From Guillardia theta CCMP2712 (taxonomy: Eukaryota > Protista > Cryptophyta): DNA of 64,000 bases. The notes under the pieces were generated by a model. The model did not search any database, was not told the DNA's origin, and saw only the letters and a list, made by a program, of their open reading frames with translations. The stretch lies in contig NW_005434659.1 in NCBI RefSeq assembly GCF_000315625.1, positions 885,848 to 949,847 of the forward strand, written 5' to 3'. Below, piece after piece: positions 37,385-49,563 of the stretch. The number at the start of each line of letters is the position of its first letter. Position 1 is the first letter of the stretch. The position numbers and the translations under genes were made by a program.

Positions 37385-39920
37385 ATGAATTGGTGCTCCC
37401 GCCCTCGACCAAAGCTGGATCTGCCATGTTGTGGGAACAATCGAAGGGAAACGATCACGATTGATGTCCCAGAGATGCCGAAGCAACAGCTAATCATGTG
37501 ACTGCAATTATCTTTAAATGCCTTGCAATGACACGAACGATGCAGTTCAAGTGACACCATGTTCACGTGCGGGTCTGTCTGTATCGACAGAAACGGTCTA
37601 CACAAGAAGCTGCTCGACGCTGACATCGCAGCAGCGCCGCAAACACTGCGGAGCTTCAGAGACAGCTACGCAGACAAAGGGTTGGAGAATCGAAGTTCTC
37701 GTCAGAGAATGTCAAGAGCAGACCTGGAGGCGAAACGTGGAGCAGCTGAGGTGGTCTTGGGCGAGCCAATGTAATCCTTGTTGACTGACAGCGCTGCTAG
37801 GGAGGAAGAACAAGCTACGGTGGATGGGTTCCGTTAGGAGGAGCGAAACCCTTGAGGGTCAAGTTGGAGGACTTAGTCAAGATCAAGGGGATGAGTTCCT
37901 GTTTGGGCAAAGGAGTGAGTGGCACGGTCTGGAAGGTATGAATTCGATTGCTGAGAATTAATTTCCTCACATTTTGCTAGGTGATGGATCAAAGTGTTCA
38001 GGAAATACTGGCGTTGAAAGAAATGGTTGGCTCTTTTTGTATCAATGTCTTGAATGGGTTCATTTGAGTGTATCAGGCACTGGAAGCGGATGAAGAGAAG
38101 TGCAAACTCATCGTCCAAGAGATGCAAGTAAGTCAAGATCGCGCGCTCACTAGCCCTCTCATGCTGCTGACAGATAATGTTGGATCTCGATCATCCATCA
38201 ATCGTCGCCTGCCATGGCGTCTTCTATGACATGTAATGCCGAAAATGTTTCAGATTATTCATATTCTTTCTCGGATGATATTCGCGGTGTTGTGTGTTCT
38301 GGAAATTGAATGCGACTTTTTAGGGGGATCTTCAAAATTGTCATGGAATTCATGGACGAGGGTTCTTTGCTGGATATCTTGCGGTTTGGGGATCACAAGG
38401 TCTCCGTTCCAGTGCTTGGAGGTGAAAGAAGGGATAAGAATGAATCCGGAAACTGAGCTACCTACAGGATTGGCGAAACAAATCTTGGAAGCGATGCGAT
38501 ATTTGCACGTGGAGAAACGAGTGATCCACAGGGACGTCAAGGTTGATGATCCTCATGGTGGTAACCTGTGAGCTGAAATGATTGAGCTCAGCCTGGAAAC
38601 ATTCTCCTGAACAGAAAAGGTGAATGCAAGCTTGCAGACTTCGGCGTATGCAGGTATGAACTTGATTGACATTGATCAAGAGGTTTTGAAAGACCAATCA
38701 ACAGCAAACCGAGAGATCGATACGACTCTACTTGTGCGACATGGGTAGGAACTGTAACATATATGTCACCCGAGAGAATTCTTGGAAATAGGTACGCAAC
38801 AGTTGTTGATTATTCTCCTCGTCGAGTCATTTCATGTATTCCTAACTCATGTCGCAAAGCTATTCCTTCAATGCCGACGTGTGGGCGCTGGGAGTGATCA
38901 TGGTGGAAGCGGCTCTTGGAAGGTTCTGGGGAGAAGAGGAGGAAGGGGCGAGCGTTTGAGCTGATGTTTAGGTATCCGTATCTCGTCGAGGGAATGGACA
39001 AGAAGAAGTTTGAGTTCTGGGATCTGATGGATGTGATGATCAACTCGCAATGCGCCACGTGAGTCCTTTTATGATTGCGGAATCCGATCTCTTGTTTCAC
39101 GCACTTCCCCTCCTACAGAAGCTCTTTGTGCCTGTGATTTCTTGTTGGCAGGTCGAAGCTTCCACACGACATTGATCCTGCGTTCAAGTCCTTCTGTCAG
39201 GTAAGAAGGAGCTGACGATGGGAGGAGGAGCTGACATGTTGGTTGTACAGTACATCCTCGAGAAGGATCATGAGCTGCGTCCGTCGTCGGTGGATGCTTT
39301 AACGTGTGTACTTCTGTACTTTTTGTTTGGTCGTGGACATGTGCTCGAATCCTCGGGGTGTTCAACCGGAGACCTACATTCTTTTCATCATTTTGAGAAG
39401 CACAATCACCTCTTGCAACGCGTTTAAGCACTTTCAGTCTTATGCAAACCCATTCACTGTTGTCATCAAACCCATTCACTGTTGTCATCAAATCCATTCA
39501 CTGTTGTCATCACCATCTACTCCCATCTTCTGCACCATCATCTCCATCATTATCTCCATCACCATCACCATCATTGTAATCGATAACCTTGTTCTCATCT
39601 GCATTCGCCATGGGTATTTATCTTGAGATTTCCAGGCATCCATTTCTGCAAACGATTCACGAGGATGTGAACATTCACATAGCTCAATGGATATCGGAAG
39701 TAAGACAGGTGCCGAGACCGTGTCGAAACACCTTCCTCGTCCCGTCCCGTCCCCCAACATTCACTCCCTGCTTCTCTCCTACCTCCATCTCTTCTCTCAC
39801 TCCTCGTCTTCTTGTCTTGTTTAAGTTTTGTACTAGGATCGAAGATCAATGGACGCTAAGAAGATTTCTCGAAGCCTCGGCGGCTTGAGCATTGGCGAGC
39901 AGAATGGAAGTGCGAGGTAA
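37385..39920 (+). CDS. Mitogen-activated protein kinase kinase (MAP2K/STE7 family), multi-exon; start uncertain
   Basis: N-terminal D-motif RPRPKLDL. Motifs [59 protein letters not shown], activation loop DSTCATWVGTVTYMSPERI, YSFNADVWALG, GRYPY. Confidence 0.9.
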
Positions 39921-40052
39921 CGAACCTGCAAGAGACTTGATGCGTACCCATGTCAAAGTGCTCATGTCCTATCTTGGCTTCCCCTCCCCATTGCAATCCC
40001 TTCCGTCTGCAGCCGTAGAACCTGATGGCGCGCAGCTGCTGCCGTCGCAGCC

Positions 40053-40083
<31 letters not shown>

Positions 40084-40639
40084 GCGAGGGTGATGGTGAC
40101 TTGCAGCAATCAAACATCTGAGCGAAACAGTGCGAAGAGCACAGCGAGGAGTGAAGTTCACTCGTTGAGGTGAAGATATGTGAACATGTCGCTAATCATA
40201 TCTCAACTGGTTGGCAGGAATGGGGTAGAGGGCATCAAGCTTGCCAACGGTATCGTCAAGAAGGAAGAGGAGAGGGTCTTTCAAACTTCTTCTGTGCGCG
40301 GGATGATGAACGGAGAGTCCAAGTCCCGGCTACGAAGTTCCATGGGGTTGTAACGGTCTCCTTACCCATCCTCTCCTCGCCTCTCTCCGTCCTCTCCCTC
40401 CCCCCACCTCTCCCCATTTGTGGCTTTCTCTCTCGCCTCCTCGTCCTGTCACACCAGTGCTTGCTTGCCTTCAATTTATTGTTTTTATGAAGTTGCGAGA
40501 TCTTATCCACATTCCCTTGTAGTCCCGTGTTCCTTCTCCTCTACCTCCTTCAAGCTGCTGCTCGCTCCACTGCCAGTCTGCTTACTTGCGTTAACGTCAA
40601 CCCCATCGAACTCTCTGCCTTCTTCACTCCCTCGTCTCC

Positions 40640-43600
40640 TTAGGTCGAGGCGAGGAGTAGCAGCGAGTAGGTCAATCCATCGTGCCTCTCAGTCGAGCCA
40701 GCAGAATCTCTTCCATGGAGATCTGGCAGGAGATGAAGTGAGAAGAAAGTTGAAGATCGTAGGGACAGCAGGACGAGCAGCATACCAAGCACAAGCCCAA
40801 GCACAACCAGCAGCACCATCACCATCACCATCACCATCACCATCACCATCACCATCACCATCACCATCATCATCACCATCACCATCACCATCATCATCAC
40901 CATCACCATCACCAGCACCATCACCAGCACCAGCACCAGCACCATCACCAGCACCATGAGAGCAGGTGAGGTCACACCTGGGGAAGGGAGATGATTCTTC
41001 CCATCTTGATCTGCCATGGAGTGAAAGTGATTCCTCCGTCTTTGATGGCGTTGAGGCGGAAAAACGTTCCCTCCACCCTCGCCAGCCTCGCGCTGCACCA
41101 TGCCTGCCCCGTAGCCGGTCTGCGAGCGAGTGAGACGATGCCCTAGGCACGGAAAGAGAGGAGCAGGAGGAGCAGGAGGAGCAGGAGGAGCAGGAGGAGC
41201 AGGAGCAGGGGCAACCTGTTGCTGTTTCTGAGCGTGCGGGGAGCCGTCAGTTGCCTTCTCGGGGTGGCGAGTCGCTCGAGCGCTTCTCTCGTCTCGCTGT
41301 CGACCTGCTTGCATGGGGCGATGATGCGCTGCCAGGTGGGTCTGCTGGACTTTAGCTGAAGTCGCCCTGAGAGAGCAGGGAGAGGGTCAGGTGGGAGGAT
41401 CGAGGCAGCATGGCGACGCACCATGGGAGGAGGTCTGGGGTCTCAGAGTTTCTCCCCTCCTGTAGTCCAGCAGCAACTGCCGTGTGTGTTACCAGGAAGA
41501 GGGCCCGTCCTCGCAGGGTCACCTGGAGGTCCTCGGAGGAAGGAGCAAGACCCTCCCGCTCAAGGCAGCGATGGTGCCCTTGCAGTACCTCCGCTCGCCG
41601 CTGATTCATCTTGCTCGTCAGCTGCTCCATCCCCATGACCTTCTCCTCTGATGCCTGCCAGCCTCGGTGATGCTGAGGATCAAGGGCCAAGGGCCAAGGG
41701 GAGGAAGAGGAGGAGGAGGAGGAGGAGGAGGAGGAGGAGGAGGATATGGAAGAAGAGGAGGAGGAGGAGCAGGAGGAGGTGCAGGAGGAGGAGGAGGAGG
41801 AGGAGGAGTTTAAAGGAAAGGAACGAATGAGTACCCAGCGATGGAAGAGATCAAGCTTGACGCTTAGGATCTCTACGTCAGTTGTCGCTGTCACACTGAT
41901 TGTCTCTTAGTTGTAAGGCTGAGAAGAACTAGGACGAGGAGAACGAGGAGGACGGGGACGGGGATAAAGAAGAGTAGGAAGAAGAGGAGCCTGAGAAAGG
42001 AGGGAGGAGGGAGGGAGGACGGAGGTGAGGAGGAGAGTGCAGGGAGGAGGGAGGAGGACGGAGCAGGAGGAGCAGGAGGTGCAGGAGGAGCAGGAGGAGC
42101 ACGTGACTGACTTGCATGTCCACGACTTGCCGTTGGCGAGGAGATCAAGCATCGTGATGCACTGGCCCGATGAGAGAAGGAGAAGAGAAAGCTCCTTCGA
42201 GGCCTCAGAGCTCGTCAGCACCCAGCTCAACCCCAGCTGCAGCACCGGGACTCGCCGGCTGGCCTTGCGATCTCTCGCTTGGAACTTGCTGCGTCGCGTG
42301 AGCTGCAGACAGGTGAGGGAGAAGTCCAGCGGACAGAGAGAGCAGACTTGCACTGAGCCGCTGAGGATGAAGTCGAGGTGCAGGCCCTCCCGCCTCAGGC
42401 TCGGAGGTCTCCTCCCTAGAGCAGGGTGAGCAGTTGCGTGCTGACGTCATCGCCCACCAGCACTCGCCGACGTCCCCGTCTGAACCTCGAGGAGCCTGCC
42501 GGGCGCGTGAGAGGCTCTGACGGAACAAGAGGCTCGCACGTGCTGTCTTGGACGGCAAAGGTCGAGCCCTGCTGGAGGCGGGCGAGAGAGACGGAAGGAG
42601 AGAGGGAGAGGGAGAGGGAGGAGGGAGAGGAGGAGAGGGGCGAAGAGAGGGAGGAGAGGAAGAGGTTGTTGGAGGCTCTGAGCTCTTCGGGCAGGTCCGA
42701 CTTGCCGAAGACGTGCTCCCTGCAGAAGCTGAGGAGAGCTGAGAACCGGCTGTCCTCGTGCTGCTTGAGGACCTCCAAGTAGTCTTTGCGGGAGAGCGAT
42801 AGCAAGCAGACTCTTGAAGAGGAGCGCAAGGAGCAGGCCCACGTGCTTTCCTTCCCTTGGAACGCTCTGACGCTGCTGAGAAACCCCTGCATGCTCGGGC
42901 GTCAATCGCCATGTCGAAGAGGAGCCAACACACACCCGATGATCGCGCAGCTGCTCCTCTGACCTCTCCCCATCCCCACTCCTGACCTCAACGATCGATC
43001 CTCTGAGCCTGATCAGCAGAGCCTTGAGCTCCTCACCAGCTGAGCAGATCTCCTGCCCCTTCTCCAGCTCCACCAATTTCAACTTCCCAGCTAGTGACCT
43101 CCGCACGTCACTCGACAGCTGGCAGAAGAAGCCGTCCTGGGGTCAGAGGCCTCTCAGTGCCCGTCAGCCCAGAGATCTTTCGCACCTCCTCTTCGAGGCC
43201 GTCGAGGTAGTCCATCACCTTCTTCTCCTGCTCCTCCGACCTCCACTGGCGTCAGAACCAACGGGGTGCGAGGCGACGAGAGGAGGCACCTCTCCTGCTT
43301 CTGACGGAACAGAGCAAGGATCTCCTGGCTCTTCCTCGCAGCCTTCGCCCTCGCAAGGTCTTCCCTGCTGTACACCAACACGTCTGCTCCTCCGGTAGAG
43401 TCTCGGCTCACTTGCACGCGGATGCTTCCAGTCCGCACGCGCTGGTTGACCAAGGCTGAGGGGAATTTCAGCTCACATCGGAGCAGGAGCAGGAGAAGGA
43501 AGAAACTCTCTACCTGACTCCCCGAAGACATCTCCCTTGGTGAAGCGCTTGCACAGCTGCGGCATCTCTACCCCGTCATGGTTCCTGACGATGTAATCAA

Positions 43601-43973
43601 CAGCTCCTTGAGCGATGATGTAGTTGCTTGTGAGCTCTTCGTCTTCAGAGCACATGACAAACTCTTGAGGAAACCTGAAGGCGCCATGAGGAGTCGATGA
43701 GGAGTGACGCTAGCAGTCATCGCGGGGTCACCACGCGTGCTTGAGATGCTGACACAAGTAGCTGATGTCCACGTGCTTGAACTTGTCGTGCTTCGCCAGC
43801 AAGTCCAGCAGCTCCAGCGGGACTTCCTCGCTCTGGTTCGCCTCGATCTGAGGGCTCATGAGGGAGAGCAAGGAGGCGGGCGATGAGATCAATCCTCAAG
43901 CCGCTGGGAAGAGCAAGAGGAAACAGAGAAGAGGCAAAAGTAGAGGAGCAGAAGGAGGAGGAAGAGGAGGATG

Positions 43974-44037
<64 letters not shown>

Positions 44038-45076
44038 CTTACCAGTGATCTGCGCAAGAAAAGTATGGGAGGAGCCTCAAAGTCTCCGTCAAAGTAGAGG
44101 TCGAAGAATTGCAAGCGGGGCAGGAGGTCCATCATCTCGGGGGTCAGAAAGTTCTGGTTGACAACGAGGAGGAGAGGAGCTGCGCTCCAGCCTCGCAGCA
44201 GCTCCCTCCCCACCTTCATGGAGCAGACGACGACACAGACTGAAGGCATGTCAACCCAACCTTGGTTCCACACTCAATCCCCTCACATTTGCAGCCTGCA
44301 TCGTTCGCTCGGACATGCTGCCTCACTGCCTCCAGCTCCTCGTCCAGCTCTCCACCACCCGGCACAAGGCACAAACTTGCACTGCTCGTGCATGCTCGGC
44401 TGGCGGTGTGTTCAACTCGCTCGATGCACATCTGTGACATGTTGGTTGCGATCTCGCAGGTTGTTCGACTGACCTCACTCTGACATCGTTCGTCGGTGTT
44501 GCAGTAGAACGGAATCACCTGCAGGCGTGCACAGACTGAGACTGAGACTGAGACTGAGACTGAGACTGAGACTGAGACTGAGACTGAGACTGAGACTGAG
44601 ACTGAGACTGAGACTGAGACTGAGACTGAGACTGAGACTGAGACTGAGACTGAGACTGAGACTGAGACTGAGACTGAGACTGAGACTGAGACTGAGACTG
44701 AGACTGAGACTGAGACTGAGACTGAGACTGAGACTGAGACTGAGACTGAGACTGAGACTGAGACTGAGACTGAGACTGAGACTGAGACTGAGACTGAGAC
44801 TGAGACTGAGACTGAGACTGAGACTGAGACAGCCTTGCGATACTCACACGAGCCAATGAAAACAGACAAGAAGAACCGATCGATGAGCAAACCAGAAAGC
44901 AACACTTAGGAGCAGGAGGAGGAGGAGGAGGAGGAGGAGGAGGAGGAGGAGGAGGAGGAGGAGCAGCAGCAGCATCAAGAGCAGGAGAGACACTTTCTCA
45001 TTCTTCTCGTCTAATCATTCACCTTCTGAGCCAGAGGTCGCAGCAGCAGCAGCGACCCGCCGCTTCCTATCGCCAT
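40640..45076 (-). CDS. Large protein with multiple cyclic-nucleotide-binding (CNB/Crp-fold) domains; both ends uncertain
   Basis: Repeated CNB-like segments: FPQEFVMCSEDEELTSNYIIAQGAVDY...KRFTKGDVFG..ALVNQRVRTGSI; FFCQLSSDVRRSLAGKLKLVELEKGQEICSAGEE..LIRLRGSI; CLLSLSRKDY; HLDFILSGS; MTATTDVEILSV. Confidence 0.65.
44533..44829 (+). repeat. (GAGACT)n perfect hexamer array, about 49 copies, intronic in the CNB gene
   Basis: Uninterrupted agactgagactg... It gives spurious SV/SQ/LR dipeptide ORFs. Confidence 0.97.
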
Positions 45077-45089
45077 GGCTGGTCAGAGC

Positions 45090-45410
45090 GAGCCGTTGGA
45101 GGCCCGGCGGGGTTAGAACCACCGTGGCACCTACTCCTAGCCTTAATTGTTTCAACTTCAACCCGCCGGGCAATCAGTCTGGCGGGCCTACCCTGGGCCT
45201 ACCCGGCGGGCCCCGGCCCCGGCCCGGCGGTAATCTGTACCGTACCGTGATCAGCGGCCCCGGGGCCCGGCCGCCCGGCAGTCACCCGTGCGGATGATGA
45301 TTATGGTCGACAGTACGGTAGCCTCATGTCCGTGGCGCTGAGCGGCTGGGTTTACTCAAAGTTAAGGTACGAGTACAATCCGAGCTGAGCGTGGCCGCGC
45401 GAAGGGACTT
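45090..45410. repeat. GC-rich palindromic non-coding module (dispersed family)
   Basis: cccggcgg/ccgccggg words, ctgtaccgtaccgtg, acagtacggta (also near 27320), TTTACTCAAAGTT (45351-45363). Confidence 0.6.
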
Positions 45411-45887
45411 AGGGAAATGAGAGATGCTGTCAGAGGAGCTGAAGAAGGCACTAGAGCCCTTAAGTTAAATCACTTTTTTACTGGTTTGTTTCCCTGCTGC
45501 TTCTTAAAACTCTCCTGTTCGCGTCCTGCCCTCATCCGCCTAGGCGCTGCAAGTACCCTACCCCTTCATTTCCAATAACCCACCCATCTACTTCCCCTTC
45601 CTTCCTTTCCAGCACACCCCTCCCCGTTTCACCCCCACCCACTCGTCAAGCAGGGCCCCGGGTGCGCGAAGAAGTTGTGTCGGTCTAGGAGCAAACCTTG
45701 AAAGATTGCCGATGGTTTATCAAGTCAGCTTCCCCTTCCCTCCTCTCATCCGCCACCTCCTCGTTCCCTCTCGTCATATCTCATCCACTCCTCCTCACTC
45801 CCCACTCCCCGTTCTCATCCTATTCTCGACTTTCCGCTTTCATTAACGGTACAGATACCGCTTGCTCAAAACAAATCAAGGGAGACA

Positions 45888-47615
45888 ATGTTTGCTTCCT
45901 GCTTAACAATGCCCGCTGGTGCTCAAAAGAAGGAAAAGAAGGCCCTGGTCGTCCCTTTCTTCTTATTCAAGACCCGCCAAAACCCTGAGGTTGGAAGCTT
46001 CAAGAACGTGTACGGTCGCGTCATCCATTACGGAGAGATCCCTCTAGCGCTTGATGAAAAGACTCTGCAGAAACATGTAGTTGACAGCTGGGTCGAGCTT
46101 CGATCCTCGACTTCTAAGATGCTGCACGAAGCGGGGAAATCAAACTTTGATTGCGACGACTATTTGCGGAAAATTGCAAAGATTGAAACAACGGTGTCGA
46201 TTCTTACGAGACACGCAATGATCGAACCCAATCAAAAGGTTTTACCTCTGATCTCTGAGAAGTTACATCATATAGTGCGTCTGCTGTACATGCCGGCTGC
46301 AGACGGCGAAGCCCTTGCGTCGATGTCGATTGAGCTCGCGACACTCGTTGCGGACCTCAAGTTTCCTCCCACCTTGGTAGAGCCGGAGAGTTCAGTCTTC
46401 AAACCCAGCGTTGGAGCTGCGAAAGATCTAGTGAAAAACATCCAGGTAGCGACTGCAGCCTTGAACGAGAAGCGAGCCAAGTACGACCATAAGAGGGAGA
46501 AGAAGTCGAGGAAAACTTGCAAGAAGCATCCTGACGCGGCTGAACGAGCATTACACGAGAAAAGGAAACGAGCACAACATTTCCGAGTCAGGACCTTCGG
46601 CTGGAGGGGAGACCAAGGCATTGACAAAGCCATCAAGGTGATCGATAAGGGCTACACGTCTTGGGCCGGAGGATGGTCGCCCATTTCCAGCAGCACCTCC
46701 ACCATCCATGATTCGCTCTGCGATGCTCGTGCTGTGTTGTGGCAGCTTCACTACAAGCTCAAGGTTGCAGACGCTGCGCTGCTCTTCCAACAGATGGACT
46801 ACGTGTGCTCAAAGTTGGAGGTCGTAGATATCAACAAGGAACTGAGAGCCGAGGTGAAGACCTGGAAGAAATCTGCGATCAGGGAGCTCAAACAGAAGAA
46901 GAGCAAGGTCACAGACTGGAGAAGCATGTGCGTCCATTCTCTTGTGCACAGGAAAGCAAGAATGATGAAGTGGGTGAAGAAACAAGTCTTCAAGCAAGTT
47001 ATGAGTGATGCACTCGGCGAACTGGGCGATTTGATGGAAGGACTTGACTTGGACTTCGACCTCGACCTGGACCTCGACTTCCTTGATGGGTTCGACATGG
47101 ACATCTTCGAGGGTTTCCCAGACGACATGTTCAACATCCCCATCGGAGATATCAACATGCCCGACGGCTACGGCGAGTTCTCCCTGAACTCGGGCGAGCA
47201 GGACGATGCCATGGATACAGCGCCTGGAGGAGGCTGCGAGGATGTCGAGATTGAACAAGAGGGTGGTGACGAAGGAGAGGAAGCAGAGGACGAAATTCAA
47301 GAGGAGGACCAGGAACAAGACCAGCCTCCGGAGGAGGAGGAGGAGGAGGAGGAGGAAAAGAAGAAGAAGAAGAAGAAGGATAAGAAGGAAAAGAAAAGTC
47401 GAAGGCATCATCGACATCACACCACGACCTTGGAGCAGGTCCCCGAACAACCGGCCTCATCTCAGCAGGCCGAGAAGCAAAGCGATGGGGAGATCGAGGT
47501 TGGAAAGGACAAGAACAAGCCAAGCGAAGGAGGGTGGACTCAGCCCTGGGTGAACGATCTGTCAAAGCTGCTTTCCTTTGGTCCAACCCCACCAACGAAG
47601 CAAGAAGCAGCGTAA
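45888..47615 (+). CDS. Intronless hypothetical protein (575 aa; basic helical core, acidic low-complexity tail)
   Basis: 1.7-kb uninterrupted ORF with non-repetitive, protein-like sequence. No family recognised. Confidence 0.75.
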   Translation: MFASCLTMPAGAQKKEKKALVVPFFLFKTRQNPEVGSFKNVYGRVIHYGEIPLALDEKTLQKHVVDSWVELRSSTSKMLHEAGKSNFDCDDYLRKIAKIETTVSILTRHAMIEPNQKVLPLISEKLHHIVRLLYMPAADGEALASMSIELATLVADLKFPPTLVEPESSVFKPSVGAAKDLVKNIQVATAALNEKRAKYDHKREKKSRKTCKKHPDAAERALHEKRKRAQHFRVRTFGWRGDQGIDKAIKVIDKGYTSWAGGWSPISSSTSTIHDSLCDARAVLWQLHYKLKVADAALLFQQMDYVCSKLEVVDINKELRAEVKTWKKSAIRELKQKKSKVTDWRSMCVHSLVHRKARMMKWVKKQVFKQVMSDALGELGDLMEGLDLDFDLDLDLDFLDGFDMDIFEGFPDDMFNIPIGDINMPDGYGEFSLNSGEQDDAMDTAPGGGCEDVEIEQEGGDEGEEAEDEIQEEDQEQDQPPEEEEEEEEEKKKKKKKDKKEKKSRRHHRHHTTTLEQVPEQPASSQQAEKQSDGEIEVGKDKNKPSEGGWTQPWVNDLSKLLSFGPTPPTKQEAA

Positions 47616-47759
47616 CTGAGCCAGCTCACCTGTTTCTGCCGTTCGAGTCCGAGGAGCCTTCGTATGTCTGCGGCAGAGTGTAGTTGAATAAAGGATCGTT
47701 GAACGTACTACCCGATAGTTGCTGTGCCGCTGATGCCATGATGCCATCCAACGGAGCCT

Positions 47760-48110
47760 TAACACTGAGCCTCTGAGTGACTGGCCGGGCTGAAATTGAA
47801 CTTCACTGGCGGAGTTAAGTCGCGGCTCTGCACCGTGCGGCTGTTCTTCCGTGACTCTGAGACTCGAACGGCCTCAGGCTAGTACTGCCGCGTGACGGAC
47901 CGGTGACCGGCGGCCCTGCGGCGGGCGTCCTCGCCGCACCGTGAAAGGGCGGAGGGTGAAGCGGAGAGGAGATAGAGGATCAGGCTAGAGTCGGCCCTGA
48001 GGGCCGACTCTAGCCTGACTTTGAGTAAATGTTCTAGGGCCTCAGTTATTGATGAGTCCGACGGTCAGACCGTGCGGCGCAGGCCCGGATCCGGTTGACC
48101 CGGGATGATG
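47760..48110. repeat. GC-rich palindromic non-coding module with a perfect 39-bp hairpin (47980-48018)
   Basis: tcaggctagagtcggccct-g-agggccgactctagcctga, followed by actttgagtaaa (reverse complement of TTTACTCAAAGT). Confidence 0.65.
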
Positions 48111-49563
48111 GTCGACCATCTTCTACCCCCTTTTTCTCCAGGATTCCATGGTCTCAGCACCCCGGTGGTAAGTGGAGAACCCCCCAGACCCTTACCCCTA
48201 CGTTTCCCTACTCTCGACGAGACTTATGTAGGGGTAGTGGATGTGTATCTGAGACAGACCACCCACCCTATTCAACAACAAAACTCTGAGAAAACCACCG
48301 GTGTATGTTAACCCTACCTTACGAAATGATGAAAGTAAAGATACCCGGTACTTTTGATATTAAAGTACCGGGTACTGAAACAGGTCTGAGGACCCCCACC
48401 CTCTGTTTTCCAGTTATGAGATGACAACCCCTCCTGATAGAAGAATCCTGGTACCCCGCCGACAACATGAGCAATGTACTTTTGACCCCCACCCTCAGAT
48501 TTCCATCTCTGATTTCAAATATCCTAACTCATTACATTTTACTAACTCATTTCACGATTAATTATCAAATTTCCCTCCAACATTTCAAAGAAATTCGATC
48601 ACCCACCATGGAGCTGCTACAACAATACTCACTATTCACTGACCACCCCTGCTATGATCACCCCACCCACCCATACTTTCGGCAGGGCAGCCCCCGCAGC
48701 CGCCGTGCAGCATGCTCAGAGCATGTGTACAGCGAGCGAACGTCGACATAATCTAACATGCATACATAGGACGAGAACCAACAGTTTATCACTGATCCTC
48801 TATCTCCTCTTCGCTTCACCCTCCGCTCCCATGCTTTCATCACTCTCCATCTAGTTCCTCCTGGATCTATATCCGACACCTTCGACTTTATCCTTCGTGC
48901 ATCTGTTGCCTTTGTTGCTCCGTTACCTTCTCGTTTCATCTCTATTATTTTGTATCAAATCTTGTTGTCACGATATCATCCTCCAGACTGTGATGCGTGT
49001 ACTGGTTACATTGTTCACCACATCGATCCACGGTCTTCCCCATCCCCATCCCCATCGCTTCTTTCTTTTGCTATCATGCGGATCATGGAATTTACATGCC
49101 ATCTTCACCCTTACAAGCTGCACATATTCTCGAGTTCTTTTTTATTTGTGCAATGCCAATACCCCATCAAAGTCATCCGCATCAACTTGCGAGTATTCCT
49201 CCTTTACTTGAGTTGCAAACATGAGTCTGTTGGTCACATTGCACTTAGTGGACGATTGCTAAACCTTACTTGATTTCCTAGCCCTTGTTGTGCCTTACAC
49301 TTCGCGTGCATACCTAATTGGACACTCAAATGTTCGGTTGCGCATGCTGAACCAGCCTGTTTTGCATTTCCTGAAGTCCTATTTGAATAGGTTGTGTAGG
49401 CAGAAGCAGGCCTGCCTCGAAATTTCAGACCATCACTTTCGTAATTGAATCGTTTTGAGCGAAGAGGAGGCAAACATCAAGTCACAGGGAGGCGGCTCCC
49501 TGCATCTTCATACAACGCGAGGGTTCGCGCAAGGATTTTAAGTCGGTCGAGACTTGATCAGGG

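Noticed and set aside
44216-44905. ORFs with poly-SV / poly-SQ / poly-LR
   Set aside because: They are translations of the (GAGACT)n intronic microsatellite, not proteins.
45888-47615. Orphan ORF as a transposase or integrase
   Set aside because: No DDE, HUH, RT or tyrosine-recombinase motif and no target-site duplication visible, so it is not annotated as a mobile element.
48600-49500. Possible small spliced genes at 48600-49500, 50800-51400 and 36900-37260
   Set aside because: I could not assemble a consistent exon chain or recognise any motif.
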